From: a virus
Direction: 5' to 3' (one strand)
DNA length: 64,000 nt
Virus record (IMG/VR): IMGVR_UViG_3300021961_000054
Coordinates: 17,217 to 81,216 of that record
The notes beneath the pieces were generated by a model that did not search any database, was not told where the DNA came from, and saw only the letters and a list, made by a program, of their open reading frames with translations. A program made the translations under genes and the position numbers. Positions 40,112-49,390 of the stretch are shown piece after piece. The first letter of the stretch is position 1. Each line of letters begins with the position of its first letter.

Positions 40112-40323
40112 GTAAAGAAGAAGAAATTAAAAAAATATTACTTGAGTCTGGATTTGAAGATAAAGACATAATGTTTGGTACAACAAATTTTGGAACTGGT
40201 GACAAATATTTAAGGGTTGGTTATTGGAGACCATTATCATATGAATTAGTAGAAAAACTAAACTTATATGAAGATCGGTATTACGATGAAGATTGTGGTT
40301 ATAAATACTCTTATGAATATTAA
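40108..40323 (+). CDS. Hypothetical protein
   Basis: 71-aa ORF with ATGA overlap. Confidence 0.6.
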   Translation: MSKEEEIKKILLESGFEDKDIMFGTTNFGTGDKYLRVGYWRPLSYELVEKLNLYEDRYYDEDCGYKYSYEY

Positions 40324-40330
40324 TTAACCT

Positions 40331-40360
40331 AAAACCATACAATTATCTGTATGGTTTTTT
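40331..40360 (+). terminator. Intrinsic terminator
   Basis: AAAACCATACA-attatc-TGTATGGTTTT followed by a T-run. Confidence 0.75.
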
Positions 40361-40378
40361 ATTTTTTAATAAAAATAA

Positions 40379-40385
40379 TATTTAT
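40379..40385 (+). promoter_or_regulatory. TATTTAT putative late promoter
   Basis: Follows the terminator, 14 nt before ATG 40400 (start of the putative lysis block). Confidence 0.55.
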
Positions 40386-40399
40386 ATAAAAAAGAAAGT

Positions 40400-40732
40400 A
40401 TGAAAAAATTTATTGATTTAGTTAAAAAATATAAAGTTTACATTTTAACTATACTATTACTATTTTACTTTTTTAGATCATGTTCTAAATCTACTGAAAT
40501 TAAAAAATTAACAAGAGAAGTTAATAATAATGATTTAGTTGTTGACAGCCTAAAAAATGAAATAAAACTAAGACAACAAAAAATCGATAGTGTACCTGAA
40601 ATAATTAGAATTGAAAAAATTAATATTCATCTTGAATATGATGAGTGGATTTCTTCTAAGGATAGAGGACAACAATTAATGGAATTACATTCTATTGTTA
40701 AAAATAACGTTAAAAACTTACAAAAAAAATAA
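40400..40732 (+). CDS. Membrane-anchored coiled-coil protein
   Basis: N-terminal TM helix, RSC, then coiled coil. Confidence 0.6.
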   Translation: MKKFIDLVKKYKVYILTILLLFYFFRSCSKSTEIKKLTREVNNNDLVVDSLKNEIKLRQQKIDSVPEIIRIEKINIHLEYDEWISSKDRGQQLMELHSIVKNNVKNLQKK

Positions 40733-40736
40733 TATT

Positions 40737-40904
40737 ATGATTAATTGGGTAAATTCCTGGAAAAGTGGTAATAAAAAAAATAAATATAGTCTAACATTTA
40801 GATTAGGCACATTAACAGTATTTGAATTTAAATTTTGTCCCTGCAATAATGAAAGTTGTAGTAAGTTTAGATTTATGATATTTAATTTAGGTTTTGAATT
40901 ATGA
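40737..40904 (+). CDS. Small hypothetical protein
   Basis: ATG 40737 (MINWVNSW), in frame with the track ORF. Confidence 0.55.
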   Translation: MINWVNSWKSGNKKNKYSLTFRLGTLTVFEFKFCPCNNESCSKFRFMIFNLGFEL

Positions 40905-41566
40905 AACAAATTTGGAGCTGGATAAAAAATAACCCCATTAGATCCATGTTCCTACTACCAATACTATTGGTTGCAGGAATCTCGATATCACACGTTGTAT
41001 CTTGGTATGATATGGCAAACCCAATAAGTTGGGCAATATACCTATCAATAGCAATTGAGGTTGGTGCAATAACAGCACTAGTCGCAGCAACAAATAGAGT
41101 AAAAGGTGGTATATGGTTTATGTTTGGGATAGTTACATTTATTCAGATGCTTGGGAATATATTTTACTCATATAAAGAAATTGATCCTAATGGTGATTTA
41201 TTTAAATCCTGGGTAGAATTAACAGGACCAGTATGGGAAGCTATGGGAACAGAATTAACTGACACTATAGGAATGAAAAGATGGTTAGCATTTTTAGAAG
41301 GAGGATTATTACCTATCATATCATTAACATCATTACACTTTTTTGTTAAATATGAAGAGCCTAGCGAAAAAACCGCTAAGGTAGAAACCGAGGATGAGGA
41401 GGAGAGTAAAGCCAAGAGGGTTAAAGCCCCAACTCCCACCCCGGTTTTATCTGACGAAGAGTATTTTGATGAACTACCAATAACAAAAACTGAAGAACTA
41501 GAAGAAAGGATTGAAAAAAAGAATAAAAGGTTAGTCTACACAAAAAATAATGGAGATAATCAATAA
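40901..41566 (+). CDS. Multi-TM membrane protein (holin candidate)
   Basis: About four hydrophobic helices and a charged C-tail, directly upstream of the amidase-like gene. Confidence 0.5.
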   Translation: MKQIWSWIKNNPIRSMFLLPILLVAGISISHVVSWYDMANPISWAIYLSIAIEVGAITALVAATNRVKGGIWFMFGIVTFIQMLGNIFYSYKEIDPNGDLFKSWVELTGPVWEAMGTELTDTIGMKRWLAFLEGGLLPIISLTSLHFFVKYEEPSEKTAKVETEDEEESKAKRVKAPTPTPVLSDEEYFDELPITKTEELEERIEKKNKRLVYTKNNGDNQ

Positions 41567-42143
41567 AATAATAGAGTCAAATAAGACATCAACAAATATT
41601 AAAAAACAGATTGTACTCACTCACACATCAATTAATGTTAAGTCTTACTTAAAATCCTTAAAATTAAGACATTTTGGTAACTATGATAAAATACCAAATT
41701 ATGTAATAACAAAAGAAGGTTACATTTTAAATACATTAGAAGATAATCAATACAGTAATTTACTAAGCCAAAAACTGATAAATTCTAAATCAATTACAAT
41801 ATCATTAGAGAATTTAGGATGGTTAGAAAAAGAACCATTAAAAAATTACCACATTAACTGGATTGGTGATATTTATAAAGAAAAAGTTTTTGAAAAGAAA
41901 TGGAGAGAAAAGTTTTTTTGGGATCCATATACTGAAAAACAAATTGATAGTTTAGTTTTTTTATGTAAAAAATTATGTAAAAACTATAAAATAGATTTAA
42001 AAAGTATTGGACATAACACTAAAATAAAAGGAACAGAATCTTTTAATGGAATTATATGTAGATCTAATTTTGATGAAACAAAAACAGATTTAAGTCCAGC
42101 ATTTGATTTTGAATTATTTGAAAAAAAATTAACAAATGAGTAA
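41550..42143 (+). CDS. N-acetylmuramoyl-L-alanine amidase type 2-like protein (possibly inactive)
   Basis: IVLTHT, NYVITKEG, SITISLEN, YTEKQIDSL..L...L and KTDLSPAFD follow the Amidase_2 layout, but Zn-ligand His positions look substituted. Confidence 0.7.
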   Translation: MEIINKIIESNKTSTNIKKQIVLTHTSINVKSYLKSLKLRHFGNYDKIPNYVITKEGYILNTLEDNQYSNLLSQKLINSKSITISLENLGWLEKEPLKNYHINWIGDIYKEKVFEKKWREKFFWDPYTEKQIDSLVFLCKKLCKNYKIDLKSIGHNTKIKGTESFNGIICRSNFDETKTDLSPAFDFELFEKKLTNE

Positions 42144-42765
42144 TTACGAAGAAATTAAAAAATTATTAAAAGCATCTAAAAGTATGCTATCAAATAGTAA
42201 AACAATAAACGAAAATAGAGTTATTGGTAGTAAGTATGGTATTATTTTAGAACAACCATTAGATGTTGAGGAGCCAAATAATATAACTAAAAAAGATAAT
42301 CCGTATGATAGTATTGAAAACGAAATTAAAAAAGATGAATACGAAACCGCGGACTCTAAAAATACTGAAAAAGACATAAAAAAAGATAAGAAAAAAGGTT
42401 ATAGAATTTCTGGTGGTTTATTTTATATACATGGTAAAACAAATAAGGATTTACAATTAACAACAGATGATAAAACCGCCTTCCAAGAAAGTATGGATGA
42501 GTTTGTAAATGAAGTAGCAGAAATTGTCGATTTTAATAAGTTAAATCTATATCCAAATAATGTAGAGTGGTCTGGAAAAATAACAGAGTACGACATTGAA
42601 TTCTTTTTTTCTATTGGTGAAAATAATGGTGTTTATATTAATGGAACAATGATGAAAGTTGACGATGAATTCTTAGATATGATGAATAAGTTAAAAACTT
42701 ATTATGAAAAATTTAAGACTAAATGGTCTAAAATTATTGCATCAAGAAAAAAAACTAAAGAATAA
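42136..42765 (+). CDS. Hypothetical protein (putative head-associated)
   Basis: 209-aa ORF with INE and ILE motifs near the N-terminus. Confidence 0.6.
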   Translation: MSNYEEIKKLLKASKSMLSNSKTINENRVIGSKYGIILEQPLDVEEPNNITKKDNPYDSIENEIKKDEYETADSKNTEKDIKKDKKKGYRISGGLFYIHGKTNKDLQLTTDDKTAFQESMDEFVNEVAEIVDFNKLNLYPNNVEWSGKITEYDIEFFFSIGENNGVYINGTMMKVDDEFLDMMNKLKTYYEKFKTKWSKIIASRKKTKE

Positions 42766-43118
42766 TGAAAACCTTTTTTTTAAAATATATTAAAGAAATT
42801 TTATTAGTTGTATTAACACTACTTATTGTTTTTTTATTATATCTAATTTTTAAACCAACTAATGATAAGTCAGAATTATTACAGTATAAATTAGAACAAT
42901 TAGACAACTCAATAAATAGTTTAAAATTAGACCAAAAAAGACTAACAGACTCAATAGTATCATATAAAAATGATATAAACAAAATTGATGGTAAGCTTGA
43001 AGTAATTAAAAATAAGAAATCAACTGTTAATAACTTTTATAGTGAAAAGAATGGTGAGATTGAAAACTCAACCAATAAACAATTAGATAGCTTATTTAGA
43101 AAAAGATATAATTATTAA
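42765..43118 (+). CDS. TM plus coiled-coil protein (spanin-like candidate)
   Basis: N-terminal TM then heptads; near the amidase-like gene. Confidence 0.5.
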   Translation: MKTFFLKYIKEILLVVLTLLIVFLLYLIFKPTNDKSELLQYKLEQLDNSINSLKLDQKRLTDSIVSYKNDINKIDGKLEVIKNKKSTVNNFYSEKNGEIENSTNKQLDSLFRKRYNY

Positions 43119-43119
43119 T

Positions 43120-43536
43120 ATGAAAGGAATTCTAATAATATTATTTTGTTTTTTTACTGGAAATGTATTTACCCAGGATACAAGTAAAACCATAATTAAA
43201 GTTGACGACATTTGTATACCAAATAATATTGCAAAGGAGATTTTAAAAGACTTAAATGACTTAGATAGACTTAAAGAGATTGAGAAATTAAACAATGAGG
43301 AAATCCAAACTCTAGAAGAAAAAATAAAAAAACAAGAGTTAATTATTTTAGCTCTAGAAGAGAAGAACAAGAATAGTGAGTTAATTATTAGTAAAACTGA
43401 AGAAAAAGTTACATTAATTGACGAAGATAATAAAGAGCTAAGAAAACAAAATAAAAAACTTAGAATAAAAAATACAGTAATTGAGATTTTTACTGGTGTC
43501 GCTATTGGCACAATGATCATACTACAAATTTTTTAA
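43120..43536 (+). CDS. Signal peptide, coiled coil and C-terminal TM protein (spanin-like candidate)
   Basis: Hydrophobic ends flanking a coiled coil. Confidence 0.5.
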   Translation: MKGILIILFCFFTGNVFTQDTSKTIIKVDDICIPNNIAKEILKDLNDLDRLKEIEKLNNEEIQTLEEKIKKQELIILALEEKNKNSELIISKTEEKVTLIDEDNKELRKQNKKLRIKNTVIEIFTGVAIGTMIILQIF

Positions 43537-43538
43537 AT

Positions 43539-43787
43539 ATGGCATTAACAAATACAGATAAAAAAGAAATTGAAGCCATAACTCGTAGGGAGATACGAGA
43601 CTTTTTTAATTCAAATACTGCAAAACAGTTTGAAGATAAATTGGTTGATAGAATAAAAAAAGAAATGGGTAGAAATGGTAAATTAAACGATGATATTAAA
43701 GATTTAATTATAAAATCGTTTAGAGAATTTTATACAATAATGTACCAGCAAAGGAGTTTCTGGGAGTCAAAATTTAAAGGACTATGA
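43539..43787 (+). CDS. Hypothetical protein
   Basis: 82-aa ORF in operon. Confidence 0.6.
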   Translation: MALTNTDKKEIEAITRREIRDFFNSNTAKQFEDKLVDRIKKEMGRNGKLNDDIKDLIIKSFREFYTIMYQQRSFWESKFKGL

Positions 43788-44506
43788 CTATTCTTGAAAA
43801 CTTTAAAGACGCACTAAATAAAGCATTTTTTGAAGCTGGTGTACTAGGTATTGACGCGGCGAATGCTAAAAAAGATTTTTTAGGTGAAGAAAGTGATTTT
43901 GACTCATTAAATTTTTTAACATATCTAAATGATGTGGACGACATCTTTAAAGTTTTAAAACTTGTAAAGAATAAAAAATTATCAAATAATAAAATTAAAG
44001 ATGAAATTAGAAAACTTTTAAAAGATCCAGAAGATTTAAATAAGTTTTTAAAATCAGTATTAAATGTTTATAAAACAAATAAAGAAAAACCAAAAAAAGA
44101 AGAAAATAAAGAGGCAACAGGCACCGGAGCAAGTTCTGGATCTTTTGAACCTCTTTTTGGTGGTGATATGTCTAAAGATGATATAAAAAAAACTGAAACT
44201 AAGGAAGCCACGGGATCAGCATCATCCGGACAATACTCAACGAATAAAATTTGGGCCAAATCAACAAGTAAGAAAGACTGGAGAGGAAGAGCTAAAACAC
44301 AAATTCCTGGTGGAAAATTTGTCCAGGTTAAAAAAAAATGTAAAAAATTCCCTTATTGTAATCAAGGAGATATTAATGCGGTTAATATTTTTGAGAATCA
44401 AACACTAATGACTGTTATTGAAACCACAGCTAGAAAGTATGGAATAACAAAAAATAAAGTTATTGATATTATTATTAATGAAATTAAGATAAATACTAAA
44501 AACTAA
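43784..44506 (+). CDS. Hypothetical protein with duplicated KEATG..SSG motif
   Basis: KEATGTGASSGSF / KEATGSASSGQY; CKKFPYC. Confidence 0.6.
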   Translation: MTILENFKDALNKAFFEAGVLGIDAANAKKDFLGEESDFDSLNFLTYLNDVDDIFKVLKLVKNKKLSNNKIKDEIRKLLKDPEDLNKFLKSVLNVYKTNKEKPKKEENKEATGTGASSGSFEPLFGGDMSKDDIKKTETKEATGSASSGQYSTNKIWAKSTSKKDWRGRAKTQIPGGKFVQVKKKCKKFPYCNQGDINAVNIFENQTLMTVIETTARKYGITKNKVIDIIINEIKINTKN

Positions 44507-44507
44507 A

Positions 44508-44514
44508 TATTTAT
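44508..44514 (+). promoter_or_regulatory. TATTTAT putative late promoter
   Basis: 14 nt before ATG 44529. Confidence 0.55.
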
Positions 44515-44528
44515 AATAAAAAATTATT

Positions 44529-45755
44529 ATGAAAGATATTGAAAATTATATAAGAGGTATTAAAAATAGACTAATCAATGAAACTATCGACTCTAAGGTT
44601 GATGAGATTCTAGAAAAATTAAATAGTGATGAATTTGATTATGTTGCCGAGGGAAATCTTTGTGAGTGTGGAGGATCTATTTATGAAAACGAATGTATTG
44701 AGTGTGGTAAAATGTATGAAGACGATTGTATGGAGTGTGGTGGTAAAAAATTAGACATTCTAGAATTAGAAGACCCAAGTTGGTTTGAAGAAACTGACGA
44801 CATAATACGAAGTAATCGTTTTAGTAAAGACAAATACGATAAATGGAATCTTAAAGGTAAAAAACATCACAATAAAAAACGTCAAAAATATGATGATAAA
44901 GATGAAGATGAAATCTTATTTGATTTAGAAATAGACGAAGATGATATGGGAGAAGGAAACGCTTTTGGATATAAATTAAAAAAAGCTAGAGAGGATGGTG
45001 ATGATGAGTTTGAACTTGGTGGAAGAAAGATTCGTGTTACAAACGAGTCTATACTATATAGTCTTTCAGATGAGAAAGGTAGTGAATTATTTACCGAGGA
45101 TGAAGTCATTGATTTGATAGAGAGTATTGTTAATGAAGAAAATGTAAAATCTAACATTAAAAAAGGTGTTACACCAGTTGGTTTAGCAACATATGAAAAA
45201 GCACACAAAGGGTCTAAAAAGGAAAATGATGAGTATTTAAATTCTGTTGTAAAAAAACTAAAAGATTATTTAAAAGATGGGTCAAAAGGTGACTTTGAAA
45301 TGGACCCAAAGAAATTCCCAAAGGGTAATGGCGAGTTAGAAAAAATGAAAACTAAAAAATACACAATGTCAGATGATGGTAAAGAATTTTTAGACGATTT
45401 TATGCACCCAGGAATGGAAGACCTTGTACCTGACGAGATTCAATACGATGAAGATTGGGTTGATGATTTAATTGGCGGTGCTTCTAGAACTGGAAATAAT
45501 TCAGAGTGGGCAAATGGTGAAGAAACAGATTTAGGCGAAAAACTAAATAAAAAGAGAAAAACTAAAAAATTCCATAACGCAAAAATGATGGCCTATAGAA
45601 AATCACCACAACCAGTTACAGATGGTACCGGTGAAAATAGTGGAAGTGGTGTGAATATTAAAGTTGAAAACACAAACGAGAAACAAAAACAAAAACTAAA
45701 TGAAGAATTTAGTAGAATTCAACAACTAATGGGATATACAAAAAAGACACAATAA
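44529..45755 (+). CDS. Acidic Cys-motif protein, putative prohead core/internal protein
   Basis: CECG / CIECG / CMECG; LINE near the N-terminus; C-terminal KLNEEFSRIQQLMGY. Confidence 0.55.
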   Translation: MKDIENYIRGIKNRLINETIDSKVDEILEKLNSDEFDYVAEGNLCECGGSIYENECIECGKMYEDDCMECGGKKLDILELEDPSWFEETDDIIRSNRFSKDKYDKWNLKGKKHHNKKRQKYDDKDEDEILFDLEIDEDDMGEGNAFGYKLKKAREDGDDEFELGGRKIRVTNESILYSLSDEKGSELFTEDEVIDLIESIVNEENVKSNIKKGVTPVGLATYEKAHKGSKKENDEYLNSVVKKLKDYLKDGSKGDFEMDPKKFPKGNGELEKMKTKKYTMSDDGKEFLDDFMHPGMEDLVPDEIQYDEDWVDDLIGGASRTGNNSEWANGEETDLGEKLNKKRKTKKFHNAKMMAYRKSPQPVTDGTGENSGSGVNIKVENTNEKQKQKLNEEFSRIQQLMGYTKKTQ

Positions 45756-45805
45756 TTTACTTAAAATAAATCTTATATTATTATTCTCCATAGATAGATA
45801 TATTT

Positions 45806-46294
45806 ATGGAGAATAATTTTTTTAACTACATTACAAACCCATTAAGTAAAGATGAGGTTGATGTTTGGTTTAAATCTAATAATATTATTTTTGAAAAACT
45901 AGAATTATATTTTGATTTTTCATATAGTTTATATAGTATAATATATAATACGTATCTTGGTGAATCAGAGATAAATCAAAAACAAAGTGTTATTATGTCA
46001 GATAATGACAATATTAACCATTTTAATTGGTGTTGGAAAAAAAACATAGAAAATTTTAAAAAAGAAAATATTTCATTTAATAAAGAAGGATCACACTATC
46101 TATATTTTAAAGATTTTTTTAATGAAATTTTTTATAGTCCAGAAAAAAAAGAGTTTAAAGAAACTATTGATAAATTTTTACTAGACATATTTAGTTTAGA
46201 CACTAACTTTAGTAAATCAGACTTGGATTTATTATTAACAATTTATAAATCTTTGGACTTAAATATGACGTATATATCTTTACATAAAAATTAA
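45806..46294 (+). CDS. Hypothetical protein
   Basis: 162-aa ORF. Confidence 0.6.
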   Translation: MENNFFNYITNPLSKDEVDVWFKSNNIIFEKLELYFDFSYSLYSIIYNTYLGESEINQKQSVIMSDNDNINHFNWCWKKNIENFKKENISFNKEGSHYLYFKDFFNEIFYSPEKKEFKETIDKFLLDIFSLDTNFSKSDLDLLLTIYKSLDLNMTYISLHKN

Positions 46295-46334
46295 TTTTTT
46301 TATTATATAACAAATAAACAATAAATTTTATAAT

Positions 46335-46505
46335 ATGAAAACTTTAGAAGAAATTAAAAATATGGTAGACACACTAACTGTCGATGTTACTAAATTTTAT
46401 GGTGGTAATAATTCCGCTGGGACTAGAGCTAGAAAAGACGCACAGGAATTAACTAAACTACTAAAACAACTTAGATCTGAAATCCTAGATGAGAGAAAGA
46501 AATAA
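46335..46505 (+). CDS. Histone H1-like Hc1 family small protein (Bacteroidota type)
   Basis: Not in the track. MKTLEEIKNMVDTLTVDVTKFYGGNNSAGTRARKDAQELTKLLKQLRSEILDERKK has the GN.(S/A)AGTRARK signature. Confidence 0.8.
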   Translation: MKTLEEIKNMVDTLTVDVTKFYGGNNSAGTRARKDAQELTKLLKQLRSEILDERKK

Positions 46506-46690
46506 TGGTAGATATTAAAAATATATTTTTATTTGTTTTTATATTCACTTTATTAGTGTGTATTAGGAATATTGTAATATTGTTTATATCGATATTTAAA
46601 ACACCACCAAAACAAGTTAAATATACTAATAAAGAAATTATATATATAGGACTTAGTATTTCATATATAATAACCTACTTACTAAATTAA
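46505..46690 (+). CDS. Small two-TM membrane protein
   Basis: Coupled to the Hc1-like stop (TAATG). Confidence 0.6.
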   Translation: MVDIKNIFLFVFIFTLLVCIRNIVILFISIFKTPPKQVKYTNKEIIYIGLSISYIITYLLN

Positions 46691-46695
46691 TAATT

Positions 46696-47124
46696 ATGAC
46701 ATTTTACGAAGAAATTGAACTAGTATATCCATACTTAGTTTCTATTAGAAAACTAAAAGAATATCTTAGTTTTGATATCGAATTCCCTGAGAAGTGGAGA
46801 ATACCAAAAAAATATATAAATGAGGATAAGTTTGTTAAACAGGAAAAACAAAATCCAGGTAAAAACCTAGTTTCTTTTGTATCGGAGTTAAAAGAAGATG
46901 AGTTAAATTTAACTGTTGAGAACATAAAAAAGATTATAAATTTTAACAAAGAGATAGAACAGAAAGAAGCGCTATTTTCAAACAAAGTAGAGGAATTAAA
47001 AAAGATATTTGAATTGCAAGATATTGGTAGTTTAAAGACTCTAAAGTTTGAAATAAACGAATTTAATTTACAACTTGAAAATGATGAACAAGTCGGAGAA
47101 CCAGATGAACTTACTAAAGAGTGA
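46696..47124 (+). CDS. Hypothetical protein
   Basis: 142-aa ORF in operon. Confidence 0.6.
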   Translation: MTFYEEIELVYPYLVSIRKLKEYLSFDIEFPEKWRIPKKYINEDKFVKQEKQNPGKNLVSFVSELKEDELNLTVENIKKIINFNKEIEQKEALFSNKVEELKKIFELQDIGSLKTLKFEINEFNLQLENDEQVGEPDELTKE

Positions 47125-47269
47125 ATTCAAAAAGGACCAAGAAGATTTAGAACGAGAAAAAAACGAGTTAATAGACAAAATAAAAAAATATAAAAAAGAG
47201 GATATCTTACCTAAAAAGGTTAAAATAAGTTTATGGGAGAGAATAAAAATGATTTTAATACCAAATTAA
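47081..47269 (+). CDS. Small hypothetical protein
   Basis: ATG 47081; ends SLWERIKMILIPN. Confidence 0.5.
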   Translation: MMNKSENQMNLLKSEFKKDQEDLEREKNELIDKIKKYKKEDILPKKVKISLWERIKMILIPN

Positions 47270-47562
47270 TTGATTTAGCAGAAATCGTTGATAAGACACA
47301 AAATGTATTTCCAAATAGTAAATCTGTAATTCTCTATGAAATGAGTCAAAATGAGTTCAATTATGTTAAATCAAACTTTCAGAATGTTAAAGTCGATCAG
47401 ACGCAGATTTCAATAGAAATCTCAAATACAGAAATTGTTTTTATATTAGAAAACTCATATAAAATAGAAAATAAAGTAGAAGAGTTAGTTGTTGAAAAAC
47501 CTAAACAAAAAAAAAGTAGATTTTTTAAAAGATGGTTTAAAAAATTTAATTTAATTTTTTAA
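47233..47562 (+). CDS. Hypothetical protein
   Basis: 109-aa ORF. Confidence 0.55.
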   Translation: MGENKNDFNTKLIDLAEIVDKTQNVFPNSKSVILYEMSQNEFNYVKSNFQNVKVDQTQISIEISNTEIVFILENSYKIENKVEELVVEKPKQKKSRFFKRWFKKFNLIF

Positions 47563-48196
47563 ATTTTGTTGATTTACGATATAGACTACTTTTTGAAAAT
47601 CCATTCTTACTTAACAAATCATATAGGTATTTTTTTTGGTCACTACTAGAGTCCTTAACTATGATACTATCAATACGACCATTGGATATCATATAGTTTT
47701 CTAAAACATCTAAAAATCTATCACAATCAAATTCTGTTTTTAGTGAAAAAATATTAAAATTATTTTCGTTTTGAACTATCACCTTATTGTTTAATTTTGA
47801 TATTAGTTTTACACTTCCTTTAGGTAGGTATAGCCTATTAAATTGGGTGATTGTTATTTTTTTATTTTTTTGTAAATCATATATTAACTCCTCAACTGAA
47901 TAACTATTAATTTTTATGATGTTGTAATCCGGACTATCCAGTTGAATCCTATTTTGACGACCAAACTCATCTTTAGCAAAATAAGTATAATTTTTATTAA
48001 CTCTAACTGACTCCAATAAACCAAGTTCGAAACTACACAATTCACCATTCTCAACCATCTTACCAAAAATAGGACTATTATTTATTTTATCATCAAAAAA
48101 AGTTGTAGCCCTATCTTTAGTTATAAATTTCTTTATTATTTTTTTCTTTTCTTTATTCTTAAATAGAACAATTATATAGTTATATTTTGATTCCAT
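47546..48196 (-). CDS. Hypothetical protein
   Basis: 216-aa ORF divergent from dnaJ; TATTTAT on minus at 48227-48233. Confidence 0.65.
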   Translation of the reverse strand: MESKYNYIIVLFKNKEKKKIIKKFITKDRATTFFDDKINNSPIFGKMVENGELCSFELGLLESVRVNKNYTYFAKDEFGRQNRIQLDSPDYNIIKINSYSVEELIYDLQKNKKITITQFNRLYLPKGSVKLISKLNNKVIVQNENNFNIFSLKTEFDCDRFLDVLENYMISNGRIDSIIVKDSSSDQKKYLYDLLSKNGFSKSSLYRKSTKFKKLN

Positions 48197-48239
48197 AAAT
48201 TAAAGTATAATTTAGTATTCGTTTAAATAAATATTCCAT

Positions 48240-49163
48240 ATGAATCAGGACAACTATTATAAAATATTAGACGTTGAAGAAAACGCCACACAAGATGAAA
48301 TAAAAAAGGCTTATAGAAAACTAGCTAGAGAAACACATCCTGATAAAGGTGGTGATGAGGAGTTATTTAAGAAAATTTCATTAGCTTATGACACAATTGG
48401 AGATGAAAACAAAAGAAAAGAATACGACATACAACAAAAAAACCCATTTGGTGGTGGTAACTTTAATGATATTTTTAGTAGTTTTTTTGGGGGTAGTTTT
48501 AACAATAGATCCGAACCAGTAAGGCACACAACAACAATTAATTTAAGTATTGGAGCAATAGAAGCATATAACGCAGGTAAAAAAACCATAAATTACAAAA
48601 GAAAAAAAATGTGTGACACCTGCAGTGGTGGTGGTGGTGATAAAAAAACGTGTAATATATGTAATGGGCAAGGACAAATTAGAAGACAAATAAATATGGG
48701 CGGTTTTGCGCAAATAATCGCAACAGAATGTCCAACGTGTTATGGGTCTGGACAAATAATATATAACCCATGTTTCGTTTGTAATGGTAATGGAAATAAT
48801 GATGAAATTAAAAGTATTGATGTTAATTTACCAAACGACATTGATGAAGGTCAATTTTTAAGATTAAAAGGTTTGGGCGATTTTAAAAATGGTAATTATG
48901 GCGACTTACTTGTTAGAATTAACATTACCAAAGAAAATGATTTTAGTAAATTTGGTGCTAATTTAGTATATGATTTATATCTAGATTTAGAAAAAATAAA
49001 TAAAGAAACATTTACTATCCCACACCCAAGTGGAGATCTAACGATTAAATTCCCAAAGTTAATAGATACATCAAAACCATTAAGAGTTAAAGGTAAGGGA
49101 TTTAAAAATCAAACAACCGGGGATCTAATTATTAATCAATATTTAAAGTATTATAGAGATTAA
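48240..49163 (+). CDS. dnaJ: DnaJ chaperone
   Basis: J-domain with HPD, G/F region, four CxxCxGxG repeats, C-terminal domain. Confidence 0.92.
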   Translation: MNQDNYYKILDVEENATQDEIKKAYRKLARETHPDKGGDEELFKKISLAYDTIGDENKRKEYDIQQKNPFGGGNFNDIFSSFFGGSFNNRSEPVRHTTTINLSIGAIEAYNAGKKTINYKRKKMCDTCSGGGGDKKTCNICNGQGQIRRQINMGGFAQIIATECPTCYGSGQIIYNPCFVCNGNGNNDEIKSIDVNLPNDIDEGQFLRLKGLGDFKNGNYGDLLVRINITKENDFSKFGANLVYDLYLDLEKINKETFTIPHPSGDLTIKFPKLIDTSKPLRVKGKGFKNQTTGDLIINQYLKYYRD

Positions 49164-49309
49164 AAGTAAAACATGATGTCTTTTATTAGACTAATCAAAC
49201 CATATATTGATAAAAACAAAAATATTACGCCAGTTATAAAAACAAAATTTTTAGTCTTAACAATACCTCTAGTTGTCCCACATGTTTTACATCTTTTATT
49301 ATTTTCCAT
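49160..49309 (-). CDS. Small CxxC plus TM protein (49 aa)
   Basis: Not in the track. MENNKRCKTCG...VFITGVIFLFLSIYGLISLIKDIMFYF fills the gap. Confidence 0.55.
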   Translation of the reverse strand: MENNKRCKTCGTTRGIVKTKNFVFITGVIFLFLSIYGLISLIKDIMFYF

Positions 49310-49367
49310 ATATAAAAATATATAAGTTCTTATTTTTTTTTAAACTATATTTTTTATTAATATATAA

Positions 49368-49374
49368 TATTTAT
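49368..49374 (+). promoter_or_regulatory. TATTTAT putative late promoter
   Basis: 16 nt before ATG 49391. Confidence 0.55.
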
Positions 49375-49390
49375 TATAAAAACATAATTT

